From the NCBI GenBank assembly GCA_038893355.1, contig JAWARQ010000004.1:64001-128000 (forward strand): a DNA stretch of 64,000 nucleotides. Direction: 5' to 3'. Under the pieces are notes generated by a model. It ran no database searches, had not been told where the DNA came from, and worked only from the letters and a program-made list of their open reading frames with translations. The stretch is from Sulfolobaceae archaeon (lineage in GTDB: Archaea > Thermoproteota > Thermoprotei_A > Sulfolobales > Sulfolobaceae). Below are positions 29,966 to 40,302 of this stretch, in pieces. Position 1 is the stretch's first letter; each line of letters opens with the position of its first letter. Both the position numbers and the translations under genes were made by a program.

Positions 29966-30620
29966 ATTTACAGCAATCTCTTATCACACAAGTATTGCAT
30001 AAAGGGCTTTTTGACTTACAAGTTTTTCTTCCATGTACTATCAATAGTAAATGGGCTTCTAATAGATTCTCCTTAAAGAACTCCTTTAATTTTCTAGAAA
30101 TTTCACTATAGCTATCTTTATCTGATGCTAATCCCAATCTAATAGATATTCTACGAATATGCGTATCTACTGGGAAGAATTCATAGCCTTTAGTAGTTAA
30201 TAATACTACATCTGCGGTTTTTTCCCCTACGCCTGGGAGTTCAGTTAATTTTCTTCTTGCTTCATTTGGATCAAGTGATAAGATTTTATTTAAATCGTTA
30301 TACTTATTTAATATAATGTTACTAAGTTCTTTAATATTTCTTGCTTTATTATTACTTAATCCGACAATTTTAATTAAATTTCTTATTTTTTCAATATCTG
30401 CTTCTGCTAAATTTTTTGGAGTAACTCCTATATTTAATTCTAAATTATAGTATGCCTTTATTGCAGATTTATCCGTAGTATTCTGTGAAAGGATAGTTGC
30501 TATTAATAATTTAAATGGATCTTTTGTCGTATTATAAACCTTTAACGATGCAAAATCTTCTTGATTAATTTCATAAACCTCCTTAAGTCTGGATATTATA
30601 ATCTTACCATCACATTTCAT
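29928..30620 (-). CDS. nth: Endonuclease III (HhH-GPD, 4Fe-4S)
   Basis: ILSQNT, LPGVG.KTA, PVDTH and C-x6-C-x2-C-x5-C. Confidence 0.93.
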   Translation of the reverse strand: MKCDGKIIISRLKEVYEINQEDFASLKVYNTTKDPFKLLIATILSQNTTDKSAIKAYYNLELNIGVTPKNLAEADIEKIRNLIKIVGLSNNKARNIKELSNIILNKYNDLNKILSLDPNEARRKLTELPGVGEKTADVVLLTTKGYEFFPVDTHIRRISIRLGLASDKDSYSEISRKLKEFFKENLLEAHLLLIVHGRKTCKSKSPLCNTCVIRDCCKFGSSRTSQTFTS

Positions 30621-30672
30621 TTGTGGAAAATTAGTACTTATGCTTATAAGGGATTTTCGGTAAAATCATAAA

Positions 30673-30954
30673 ATGATGTTCTTAATAAAACAAATATTAT
30701 CCACTATAAAGGCTGGTGCATTGAATCCAGGTGAAGTTGCAAGTAAGACAGGATTACCAAGATATGAAGTGTTAGCTGCATTTCATATATTCGAGGCTCT
30801 TGGTTTAATAGAGTTAATATACTCGCGTGGGTCTCACAAAGTTTATAAATTAACTAAAAAGGGAGAAGAAGTATTGGAAGGTTTAGAGAAAGGTTTAACT
30901 ATAGATATAGTAGTCAAAGAAAGTGACATTAATAAAAATGAGAACATAATTTAA
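30673..30954 (+). CDS. Small winged-helix DNA-binding protein
   Basis: HTH followed by LGLIE....G..KVY.LT.KG. Confidence 0.7.
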   Translation: MMFLIKQILSTIKAGALNPGEVASKTGLPRYEVLAAFHIFEALGLIELIYSRGSHKVYKLTKKGEEVLEGLEKGLTIDIVVKESDINKNENII

Positions 30955-31337
30955 AAAATATAATAATTATCATTAATTTTCATTATTATATTTTGGTTCA
31001 TTGGAATTGTAATATTACCTATAATATCTGATAATCTTATTAATGTATCTGGGGGTAGTGTATAGTTTGTAGTATATGTATTGTTATTTATTATAATTTC
31101 AGAAATATATGCATATATTTTCCCATAATTATATATGAAAATTTGGTTTGAATTATTATTTAATTTTATTAATATTATTTTGGTATCTAATTTTTCTTTT
31201 CCTTGATTTATGAGGGATAGAATTATGTTCTGGTTTTGATTATTAAGTGTACTATAATAAAGTAATAAAGGGACAAAAAAGCTGAGGACTACTATAGTTA
31301 CTATAAGAGTAGAAAAAATGGTTGAAATTCCTTTCAA
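30951..31337 (-). CDS. upsB: UV-inducible pilin UpsB
   Basis: Class III signal peptide MKG/IS followed by a hydrophobic helix. Operon position fits. Confidence 0.8.
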   Translation of the reverse strand: MKGISTIFSTLIVTIVVLSFFVPLLLYYSTLNNQNQNIILSLINQGKEKLDTKIILIKLNNNSNQIFIYNYGKIYAYISEIIINNNTYTTNYTLPPDTLIRLSDIIGNITIPMNQNIIMKINDNYYIF

Positions 31338-31348
31338 TTTCAGTCCCT

Positions 31349-31789
31349 TTACGTTGTGCTAGCTAGAACATTTATTATTTGTGAGTAAGGTTGTCCGTTC
31401 TGAAACTGACCTTGGACTACAACTGTATATTGTTTGCCTGCGACTAATTGCATGTTAAGCATTATATAACCTTGCGTAGTTTGCCCAGGCTGGAGTACTA
31501 TTGTTTTTGTTAGTAAGTTGCTGTTTTGTTGAACTTCCGCAATTGAAATACTTGTAATATTAACTGCAATAGTACCTTGATTTGCTATTTGATAATATAG
31601 GAATGCTGTATTTGTTGAAGGATTTACTAGTAATTTTACAGTTGTTTGTACATTAGTTGTCTGTGTCATACTTCCAAATAATCCTTGACTATAGGCGTAG
31701 AGTAGGCCACCCATTGCTATTGTTATTGCAACTATTATTATAGTTCCTAGAATAGAAGATACAGCCCTCTTAATATTTCCTCTTCTCAC
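31349..31789 (-). CDS. upsA: UV-inducible pilin UpsA
   Basis: Class III signal peptide KRA/VSSILG. GGTGAG SD upstream. Confidence 0.85.
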   Translation of the reverse strand: MRRGNIKRAVSSILGTIIIVAITIAMGGLLYAYSQGLFGSMTQTTNVQTTVKLLVNPSTNTAFLYYQIANQGTIAVNITSISIAEVQQNSNLLTKTIVLQPGQTTQGYIMLNMQLVAGKQYTVVVQGQFQNGQPYSQIINVLASTT

Positions 31790-31803
31790 TTTCTCACCTA
31801 CTT

Positions 31804-33255
31804 TTATATTAGGGATATTAAATTAGGGGGGATGAATGTAAGTAATAGTGATATTGTAGAAGTTATGAGTACGTGAAATGGTTTTAAAATTGTAAATTCA
31901 GAAATTTTGGTGAATAATAATGCTAATGCTGCAGAGTATGATATTAATATTATATCAACTATATCACCAACTGTTGTTACTCTATAAGGATTTATCATAC
32001 TGAATGTAAACCAAAGTATAAATGGAGTTGTGTAATTAAGTATTGAATACAATTTAAGACTATTAACTAATTTCCTCTTAATCCCATTTATTGTAATTAA
32101 TATATTATTAAGTTCATTAATTATATTTCCAGATTCTGAACTTTTATTTTCAATTATATTAAGCAATTCTAAAACATAGTTTATTATCCAATTTGTTCTA
32201 GAAGTATTTCTTAAAAGTTTATAAATTTTTTCATCCAACTTTTGCATTGAAAGTTTTATAGAATGTCCGATCTGATAGAAATCTGATAAATTCTTTAAGA
32301 TATTTGGTAATAGATTTATAGCTTTTTCGTTATTTCTTAGAATTAGATAATATTTTATTGAAAATATTGTATATGCAAGTATGATACAATAAATCTTATA
32401 CTTAATCTCTAATGTAGGAATAAGAAAAATTAAGATTGATACTGTGAATAGAATTATAATATCTAATAGCTTTACTTTAATCTTATGGCCAGTGTCGGGT
32501 TGATTTAATGAGATTAATAAAAATATTGGTGGGACTAATGCTAATGGTATTAGTAATTGGAATAATGATATACTAAACACTGATTGAAACGCTATTAGTA
32601 GTATTGGAATTAATATGAATATTGAGAAGATCCCTTCTGTTATACTCATAACAAAGTTTAAGTAATTTTCGTAATTTTCCTTTATCCAATTAAACGTATC
32701 TTGAAGTAGTTCTCTCATTCTTTGAGGTATAGATATACCAACATCTTCTGCAGCAAGGTAGTTCATGTAAATTTTTCCAAATATGTCATCTTTTCTAATG
32801 ATAGCTCTATTATTTAATGCCTTTCTCGTTGAAATATTTCTTAATATTATGTCCTTCTTTAATTGTTGCAATTCCTTATTTACGACTTTGAATATTCCTA
32901 ATTTTGAACCCTCCTCTAGAGATGTTAAGATCCCCTTATCTAGTAGTGAATTTAAGTATAGTAGTATTAGGAAAAACGGTCCCTCAAGATCACTCGCTCT
33001 TCTATACTCAACTTTTTTAATCCACGAATATATTAGTGGATATAATATAATGAAAAAAATTAATATAGATAAAAATGGTATAAAAATAAATTTTTTAAAT
33101 ATTATAATTATTAATAATAGTAGTATTATCGAAGGTAATATAATTCTTAAAAGTAATTTATATGTACTTTCGATTTTATGTAAATCACCGCCATAGTAAG
33201 TGATATTTGATTTTATTTGTTTATCAAATAATTTTAATAACTTTCTCTCTATCAT
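31804..33255 (-). CDS. upsF: Type IV pilus platform membrane protein UpsF
   Basis: Polytopic TadC-like protein directly after the secretion ATPase. Confidence 0.8.
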   Translation of the reverse strand: MIERKLLKLFDKQIKSNITYYGGDLHKIESTYKLLLRIILPSIILLLLIIIIFKKFIFIPFLSILIFFIILYPLIYSWIKKVEYRRASDLEGPFFLILLYLNSLLDKGILTSLEEGSKLGIFKVVNKELQQLKKDIILRNISTRKALNNRAIIRKDDIFGKIYMNYLAAEDVGISIPQRMRELLQDTFNWIKENYENYLNFVMSITEGIFSIFILIPILLIAFQSVFSISLFQLLIPLALVPPIFLLISLNQPDTGHKIKVKLLDIIILFTVSILIFLIPTLEIKYKIYCIILAYTIFSIKYYLILRNNEKAINLLPNILKNLSDFYQIGHSIKLSMQKLDEKIYKLLRNTSRTNWIINYVLELLNIIENKSSESGNIINELNNILITINGIKRKLVNSLKLYSILNYTTPFILWFTFSMINPYRVTTVGDIVDIILISYSAALALLFTKISEFTILKPFHVLITSTISLLLTFIPPNLISLI

Positions 33256-34642
33256 ACATATAAAACCTCATTAATTCTTCTTCTAATTTTAAATTATCAT
33301 TTTTAATAATTTTTTGCAGAAACTCAATTCTTCTCTTTAAATCAGAAACTACCTCATCCTTGCTGATATCATAATTTCTCATAATCCAGTTAATTCTATA
33401 AGATCTATCAATAATACTCTCAATAGTTAATGGTACGAATCTATTATCTCTGTATGACCATTTTATTATTTTTCTAAATTTTACTTTTCCCTTTGCAGGT
33501 ATCACTTCATATATTGCAGAGACATACTTACTTTTCCCTTTTACTAACCTATTACTTAAGACTATGAAACCCCATATTCCTTGTAAGAAGAGTTGTGCTA
33601 ATTCGTCATTTAATAAGCTTAATATTCTTGTAACTGCATCAATAGGCTTTGCACCATGGAATGTTGTAATTGAACCATGCCCAGATGCAGCAGCATGTAC
33701 TAATGCTTCAATTTCTTTACCTCTTACTTCACCTATTATTAAATAATCTGGTCTATATCTAAGCGCTAGCTTAGATAATTCGAATAAGCTTACGTCATAT
33801 TTTCCTAGTGTAGTGCTTCTTGCTACAAATCTTATCCAATTCTTATGGTCTAGATTTATTTCTGGTGTATCTTCGATTGTGACTATCTTACACATAGGAT
33901 TTACCAAACTAAGTAATGAATTAAGTAGTGTAGTTTTACCGCTACCAGTAGGTCCTAATATAATTAGAAATGGTTTATAGTCGAGTAGAAACCATAAGTA
34001 AGACGCTATAATTTCATTTAATACTTCATTTCTGATAAGGTCAACTATGGTTAATGGATTAGTTGGAAATTTTCTAATATCGAATGTAGACCCTGGAATT
34101 GATATCTCCTTAGAGACTGTTGCAGCAACTCTATGACCTTCTGGTAGTGAGAATTCTAGATAAGGCTTTGCAAAATTTATACTCTTGTTAGCACTGCTTG
34201 CAAGTCTTTCAATAACCTTTATTACATCATCTTCTGTTTCAAGAACTATATTAGTAGTGAGTCTATAATATCTACTTGAATAATTTCTATGAACTACAGA
34301 TATTGGATATCCATAACCTCTACACTCTATTTCCTCTACTAGAGGATCTAGAATTAATGGAGTTAATTCTCCATATTTTATATTCTTTTTTATATAATAT
34401 ACTATTTTCTCTATATTTTCTTCTGATAAATTAATATTTTTTATTTTATTAAATATTTCTTCCTCTATATCTTTTATATCTGAATAATATAATTCTTGTA
34501 AAATTTCTTCCATTAATTTTTTCTCAAATGGTTCTAATTTGGGTTCTTCTATCTCATAATAACCTATTCCGTTGTTATCATAAATTCTAACTTTAACCCC
34601 TTCTATCTCATACTCTTCTAATAATACCTTACTTCCACTCAT
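33224..34642 (-). CDS. upsE: Type IV pilus assembly ATPase UpsE
   Basis: GPTGSGKTT, IEDTPE, LRYRPD..IIGEVRG and GH...TFH. Confidence 0.92.
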   Translation of the reverse strand: MSGSKVLLEEYEIEGVKVRIYDNNGIGYYEIEEPKLEPFEKKLMEEILQELYYSDIKDIEEEIFNKIKNINLSEENIEKIVYYIKKNIKYGELTPLILDPLVEEIECRGYGYPISVVHRNYSSRYYRLTTNIVLETEDDVIKVIERLASSANKSINFAKPYLEFSLPEGHRVAATVSKEISIPGSTFDIRKFPTNPLTIVDLIRNEVLNEIIASYLWFLLDYKPFLIILGPTGSGKTTLLNSLLSLVNPMCKIVTIEDTPEINLDHKNWIRFVARSTTLGKYDVSLFELSKLALRYRPDYLIIGEVRGKEIEALVHAAASGHGSITTFHGAKPIDAVTRILSLLNDELAQLFLQGIWGFIVLSNRLVKGKSKYVSAIYEVIPAKGKVKFRKIIKWSYRDNRFVPLTIESIIDRSYRINWIMRNYDISKDEVVSDLKRRIEFLQKIIKNDNLKLEEELMRFYMYDREKVIKII

Positions 34643-34668
34643 TATTAAAAAAGAAATATAAAGGAATC

Positions 34669-36687
34669 TCAGAGAACTCCGAAAGTTTGGAGAATATCTT
34701 TTAATCTTTCGTAATTAGTTTTCGCAATAATTAAGCCAATTTTAAAAGAGTCTAGAGCATATTCGTTTATCCATTTTAGGTTTCCTATATAACTTTTTAA
34801 TATAATTTTATTATAAAAGGGATCAAATTTAAATACGGTTGAATTTCCTATAGCTACATTGTTACCATAAATTATTTCTACTAATGCGTCTCTTTTTAGA
34901 TTTACATTTATTTCAAGTTGGTTATTATTTACTAATCTACAATTAACATCCTTAATAGGATTTGGGTATCTTATTATATAGAAGGTTTTATAACCTTTAT
35001 CATTCCTTATTATGAATTTAGTAATTTCCTCTTTGCTGCAAATTTTTTCATTATTTAACTTTATACATTCTCCATCTTTTACGATTAATATATCATCATA
35101 GTCCATTAACCTTTCTTCCTTCTCTTCCCATTCGAATAGTTCTTTAAAACATATTCTCCTTACTATTAGCTTTCTATCCTCAATACTCTCTTCTACTTTA
35201 CACTCACTAGGTTTTTCTATAAATAGAACCTTTACTGGTATTTCTATTTCAAATATATTCTTATTTAATCTATTTAAATATATTCTCACAATTTTATTAT
35301 TAATATTATATTCATAATTATTTAAATATATTCTCACAATTTTATTATTAGTTTCTAGCGGTAAAATTTCACTTTTATTACCTTCAAGTTCTATCTTCAA
35401 TTCATGGGGTAATCTTGATGGAATATCTACATTAATTTTTACTTCTAGCTCCGAATTATATTCTGTACCTTTTATTCTTCCATTCTTTGCAGTTCTTAAA
35501 AGAGCTTCAATTAAATTTATTCTTGGCTTTTCAGTTTCTACTTCAAATTTTGTGCTATATTTGAATAGATCATTTTCTAAAGTTACTTCTAGGGTATTGT
35601 CTTTGAACTCAATAGGTTCTATCTCCAAGATAGTTTTATCATTATTTTTAATTTTATTAATAATTATAAAATTATTTGATATTGAAATATTATATGGAAT
35701 TTTCTCCTCTATTTCAATAACGATAGGTCTATCTTTACTATTTTTTCTATTTATAATATTAATAAATTTACTATTTTTTCTATTTAAATTTAAAAAATAA
35801 ATATTGTTATTTTGTGATAATAAAATTAATAGTGAATTTAATAGGAATGAGGCTTTTACACTTTTTAATTCTAGTATTTTTTCTAAATTTTGATTATAAA
35901 TTATAGTTGAATAATTAGTAGATAATATAATATATCTATCATTTGCAATACTTCCATATTCTTTTGCATTAATATCGAATGAAATTAATGTGTTATCCTT
36001 ATATACCTTAAGCCTATGTTCACACTTTAACACAAAACCATTCCTTATCTCACCTAATAATACTGGATCTTTACATATTCCAATAAATTCACTCTTTAAG
36101 AGTATTCTTCCACTTTCAGATGCAAAGATTTCACCAAATCTAGTACTTCCTATAAATAAGAGATCGGATTTATATGATTTTATATTAATTAAATCTTTAT
36201 TAAAAATTTTTAAATTATTTTCATATAGAACAGAAATATGATTTTTGCCGATGTAGTAAGACTTTGGAGTTTCAATTTCTATAACTTTTTCTTTATTTCC
36301 TATTAATGAAAACTTTTTATTAATTAATATGAAAAAATTATATTTTTTATCAAATTTTGAAAATATAAAATTATTAAAATAATATCTATTTTTTCGCTTG
36401 TATATAAATTCTATATTACTATTATAGCTTATTGGATAACCTTCTTCATTTATACTTTTTATTACTCTCTCGTTCAAATTCTCATCTATACTTATGACTC
36501 TATTATCTCTAAATACAATCCATTCATTACCGTCAACCTTATACTCTGGATAGATAATTATTTTAGGTTGCTTTAGTGCATCTGACTCTAAAATTACGTT
36601 TTCATTATCAGTATTGAACCATACTTCCGTTCCAACAGGAATCGTAACTTTTTTAAAAAGTAATATTTCTGGAAATTCTACATTCAT
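34669..36687 (-). CDS. upsX: UpsX
   Basis: 672-aa beta-rich protein immediately upstream of upsE, the size and position expected for UpsX. Confidence 0.72.
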   Translation of the reverse strand: MNVEFPEILLFKKVTIPVGTEVWFNTDNENVILESDALKQPKIIIYPEYKVDGNEWIVFRDNRVISIDENLNERVIKSINEEGYPISYNSNIEFIYKRKNRYYFNNFIFSKFDKKYNFFILINKKFSLIGNKEKVIEIETPKSYYIGKNHISVLYENNLKIFNKDLINIKSYKSDLLFIGSTRFGEIFASESGRILLKSEFIGICKDPVLLGEIRNGFVLKCEHRLKVYKDNTLISFDINAKEYGSIANDRYIILSTNYSTIIYNQNLEKILELKSVKASFLLNSLLILLSQNNNIYFLNLNRKNSKFINIINRKNSKDRPIVIEIEEKIPYNISISNNFIIINKIKNNDKTILEIEPIEFKDNTLEVTLENDLFKYSTKFEVETEKPRINLIEALLRTAKNGRIKGTEYNSELEVKINVDIPSRLPHELKIELEGNKSEILPLETNNKIVRIYLNNYEYNINNKIVRIYLNRLNKNIFEIEIPVKVLFIEKPSECKVEESIEDRKLIVRRICFKELFEWEEKEERLMDYDDILIVKDGECIKLNNEKICSKEEITKFIIRNDKGYKTFYIIRYPNPIKDVNCRLVNNNQLEINVNLKRDALVEIIYGNNVAIGNSTVFKFDPFYNKIILKSYIGNLKWINEYALDSFKIGLIIAKTNYERLKDILQTFGVL
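34681..34686 (-). promoter_or_regulatory. Putative UV-responsive ANTTTC element upstream of upsE
   Basis: ACTTTC 39-44 nt upstream of the upsE ATG, matching the spacing seen at upsX. Confidence 0.4.
35271..35350. repeat. Exact 32-bp direct repeat in upsX (NNKIVRIYLN x2)
   Basis: 35271-35302 equals 35319-35350, period 48. Confidence 0.9.
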
Positions 36688-36724
36688 CGTTTAATTTAAG
36701 AATATGAATCAGACACGGGCTAGA

Positions 36725-36730
36725 GAAATT
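36725..36730 (-). promoter_or_regulatory. Putative UV-responsive ANTTTC element upstream of upsX
   Basis: AATTTC 38-43 nt upstream of the upsX ATG. Confidence 0.4.
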
Positions 36731-37370
36731 ATAGTAATATCGGCCTATGCTTGCCACATAATCCTTTACTATTGCATAACCTCCAAAAACACTCTATTGC
36801 CATTCTGCCCTTAAGTCCTAATTCTTTAGAAATACTTGTAATCTTTCCTTCATTCTCTTGTAAAGATGCAGACTCTCTAACCAGAACTTTTATCTTTGTT
36901 AAATCTTCTTGTGATAGTATTTTGCTACCTAATAACTTCGATACTAGCGGTAATTGGGTACATTCTTTTGACCATAATTGAGTTAATGAAAGATCATAAT
37001 CCTTTTTTTGTAATATAGCATCACACTCATTTTGATTTGGCTTAATAATAAAATTATATTTAGTAAGTAATTTCAGCAGATAATATTCTGTGGTATTCGT
37101 ATTTTTTATACATATTTTGATATTTTCCTTTTGAGTTGATGTAAGTAATTTTATACCTAAATCATTAATTATATACGCACCATTTGAAATTACCTTTATA
37201 CCTTCTAGCATAGTTAATAAGGGTAATGGAAAATAAATGAGATGTAGCTCGTCTAATTTAAATTTTATTTCGTCCTCCCTTATCTTTACAAGTTCAAATT
37301 TATTATCATTAATAAGTGGTAATAGCGGTAATAATTCTTCTTCATCACTATACCCTAACTTTAATTTCAC
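36729..37370 (-). CDS. Hypothetical protein, possibly a truncated MqnD/periplasmic-binding fold
   Basis: LKLGY....L.P..P, NTTEY.L.KL and W...C..LP pattern parallels the gene at 1-845. Confidence 0.4.
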   Translation of the reverse strand: MKLKLGYSDEEELLPLLPLINDNKFELVKIREDEIKFKLDELHLIYFPLPLLTMLEGIKVISNGAYIINDLGIKLLTSTQKENIKICIKNTNTTEYYLLKLLTKYNFIIKPNQNECDAILQKKDYDLSLTQLWSKECTQLPLVSKLLGSKILSQEDLTKIKVLVRESASLQENEGKITSISKELGLKGRMAIECFWRLCNSKGLCGKHRPILL

Positions 37371-37447
37371 ATAACTATGTAGATTTAAAGGAAAATAAAA
37401 TCATCGTTTAGATTAATTTAAAAATTTGTAAGAAATTCTTAAATTAA

Positions 37448-38398
37448 TTAATATATAAAATCAATTCCAGATAATAGAAGTAGTAAATCAGAGAGTAATC
37501 CAAATGCAGCATTTTTTGGCCCAGCACCAGGGCCTCTAATAATAACCTTTTGAATATCAGTTACTATTTCTAGAGCGTTTTCAACATAATCGACGTTATA
37601 CAACGGATCTGTAGTGTCTAATTCAATAGGCCTTACCCACGCCTCACTCTTATCTGCATAAGCTATTAGTTTAATTTTTTTATTATTTATATTTATTTTT
37701 TTAATAATATCTTCACTTAATCCCTCTCTTTTTACGTCATTCACAGTTATATTTGAGTTAAATGCAGTATTAGCAAGAATAGTAATTTTTGAAGCAGCAT
37801 CAAAACCATTTAGATCTAATGTCGGGTCAGGTTCTGCATAACCAAGTAATTTTGCATTTTCTACTGCATCATTAAATTGAACTCCTTGTGAAATAAGTGT
37901 TAATATATAGTTTGTTGTGCCATTTAATATTCCTCTTAAGCTTATTATTTTACTTCCTTTTAAGACTCTAAGAAGATTTATAGATGGAGTCCCACTCATA
38001 ACTGTAGCTTGATAGAGAATTTTAGTGTCGTGCTTCTTTGCAGTATCTATCAATTCTTTAAATTTTAACGCTAATGGAGCCTTGTTGGCTGTTATTACAT
38101 TAACTCCCCTCTTTAATGCAGATATATATAGAGAAAAAGATGGTTCGGCATTTATATAGTTAGGAGATGATGCGTCAATTACGATATCTGGATTTAGATC
38201 TTCTAATGATTGTAATGGATCTAACTGTTTGTTTGGAGTAAACTCTTCTTTATCCCCTAACATTAATCCTCTTCTTGTTACTACTCCAACAATCTTTACA
38301 TCTTCTAAGAATGGGAATTTTTCCCGCTTCTTTTCGTGCAATAATTCACGAAATGCCTTACCTACTCTCCCATAACCTACTAACATTATCGTTTTCAA
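37448..38398 (-). CDS. hom: Homoserine dehydrogenase
   Basis: GYG.VG, VITANK, GILNGTTNYIL, GYAE.DP..D..G.D and GPGAG. Confidence 0.95.
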   Translation of the reverse strand: MKTIMLVGYGRVGKAFRELLHEKKREKFPFLEDVKIVGVVTRRGLMLGDKEEFTPNKQLDPLQSLEDLNPDIVIDASSPNYINAEPSFSLYISALKRGVNVITANKAPLALKFKELIDTAKKHDTKILYQATVMSGTPSINLLRVLKGSKIISLRGILNGTTNYILTLISQGVQFNDAVENAKLLGYAEPDPTLDLNGFDAASKITILANTAFNSNITVNDVKREGLSEDIIKKININNKKIKLIAYADKSEAWVRPIELDTTDPLYNVDYVENALEIVTDIQKVIIRGPGAGPKNAAFGLLSDLLLLLSGIDFIY

Positions 38399-38599
38399 TT
38401 TCCAATACCTTAGCTATAAATAGTATAAGAATTAAAGATCTTTATGGTGCATTATATAGTATTTGAACTTCTTCGAATTTTCATAAAGTTACATAATCTC
38501 TTATGATATAATGAATTAAATTGCTAGGCGCAGTTTGATGGAAACTATCAAAGGCTTAGAGCTAAGTTTATAATTAAGTTAATAACGAGTTGAATTATA

Positions 38600-40003
38600 A
38601 TGTGTAGTATAACTGGTGTAATAATTCTTAACACTTCTAAATATAAAGATATTGAGAGAAAACTAATAGAGATATTAAAGAGAGCAGAAGATAGGGGTAG
38701 AGACTCTTTTGGAGTTATTGTTGTAAATAAATATGGTGAAACTAAGAGCATTAAGGCAGTTGGAAGGCCATCTGAAAAAGAAGAGCTCCTTAGTGGAATT
38801 TTAGACGAGAATAGCAAGATAGTAGTAGCAAATAACAGAGCAGAGCCAACTACAGAATATGTTAGTATTAAAACTTTTAATGACATTCAGCCATTTGAAG
38901 GGGTACGTTATATTGTAAGTCATAACGGAGTAATAGCTAATGATAGAGAATTAGAGATAAAATATAATGTTATAAAGAAATCTAAAATTGATTCTTCAAT
39001 AATTCCATCTATCTTAGATAAACATTGGAAGGGGAGTTTACAAGATTTAAGAAAAATTCTGCAGGATATTAAAGGTAGTTTTGCATTAATAATTGCAGAC
39101 AAATTAAATCCTAATAAATTATATTTGGCATTAAACTTTAAACCGTTATATATGGCGTATTATTACGATCTAGAAGCAATTTTCTTTACTTCATTAGATT
39201 CATATTTTGATGTAAAGCCCTTTGATCATGTAAATGTAACTAGATTAGAACCATATTCAATATTTGAAATTACTGACGAAAAGAAATTTAATAAAATTCC
39301 TTTGTTAGACGAGGATAAGAGGCCTAAAAGAGCATTAGTAATAGCTAGTGGTGGATTAGATTCTACAGTTGCTGCTACTAAATTAATTAGAGAAGGGTAT
39401 GCTGTAACGTTACTCCATTTTAATTATCATCATAAGGCTGAGGAAAAAGAAAGTCAGGCAATTAGAAAGATAGCAGAATATTTAAATGTAGATTTAATAG
39501 AATTAAATACAGACCTATTTAAAATTATAGGAAATAGTAACCTAATAAAAGGAGTAGGTAATATAGTAAAAGATAGAAAAGGAGAGGAAGGTGCGGAATT
39601 TGCTCATGAATGGGTTCCTGCAAGAAATTTAATATTTCTTGCTATTGCTATAGCAATAGCTGAAGCAAAAGGATATGATGTAGTAGCATCTGGAATTAAT
39701 CTAGAAGAATCCGGTGCATATCCAGATAATGAAATGGAATTAATTAGACTTCTAGACAATTTAACTCCTTATGCAGTTGGTCCTAATAAACGGGTTAAGA
39801 TACTAATGCCTGTAGGAAATTTAATGAAGCATGAAATAGTAAAATTAGGTATAGAAATTGGGGCACCTTTACATCTAACCTGGAGTTGTTATGAAGGAGG
39901 TGAAAAACATTGTGGTAGATGTGGGCCATGCTATATGCGTAAAAAAGCTTTTCTTATGAACGGTTTAAAGGATCCAGTTGAATATGAAGATCCTACGATT
40001 TAA
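38600..40003 (+). CDS. queC: Class-II glutamine amidotransferase-QueC fusion (GAT-QueC, preQ0/archaeosine synthesis)
   Basis: N-terminal Cys2 Ntn domain (RG.D, HNG, DS) fused to SGGLDS, VPARN, YPD and SCY...CG.C..C. Confidence 0.92.
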   Translation: MCSITGVIILNTSKYKDIERKLIEILKRAEDRGRDSFGVIVVNKYGETKSIKAVGRPSEKEELLSGILDENSKIVVANNRAEPTTEYVSIKTFNDIQPFEGVRYIVSHNGVIANDRELEIKYNVIKKSKIDSSIIPSILDKHWKGSLQDLRKILQDIKGSFALIIADKLNPNKLYLALNFKPLYMAYYYDLEAIFFTSLDSYFDVKPFDHVNVTRLEPYSIFEITDEKKFNKIPLLDEDKRPKRALVIASGGLDSTVAATKLIREGYAVTLLHFNYHHKAEEKESQAIRKIAEYLNVDLIELNTDLFKIIGNSNLIKGVGNIVKDRKGEEGAEFAHEWVPARNLIFLAIAIAIAEAKGYDVVASGINLEESGAYPDNEMELIRLLDNLTPYAVGPNKRVKILMPVGNLMKHEIVKLGIEIGAPLHLTWSCYEGGEKHCGRCGPCYMRKKAFLMNGLKDPVEYEDPTI

Positions 40004-40302
40004 CGTTTATAAAATGATTAAGGATTTTGGGCGGAAAGCTTTCGCTTGCGAAGATGGATACACTGTGACAGATTTACATAACTTTTAACTACTTTTTAAT
40101 CACTTCTAATTAGTATCTTTATCATGGACATGTTTATATAGGTGCACATGGCGGAATTAGAAGTAATTAAAAGTAAGCATAAGTTACGCCATGGTAAACA
40201 CATAATCATACTAGGATGATATCTAGAAGTGATTAAGAATATTTAAAAATTTAGTTAAAATAATATATTTAAGAAAATAACCTTTTATTAAAATTTAATT
40301 TT

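Noticed and set aside
38460-38600. preQ1 riboswitch or C/D sRNA upstream of queC, and ORF 38548-38886
   Set aside because: No preQ1 consensus, no CTGA box at the right spacing, and the ORF is antisense to queC.
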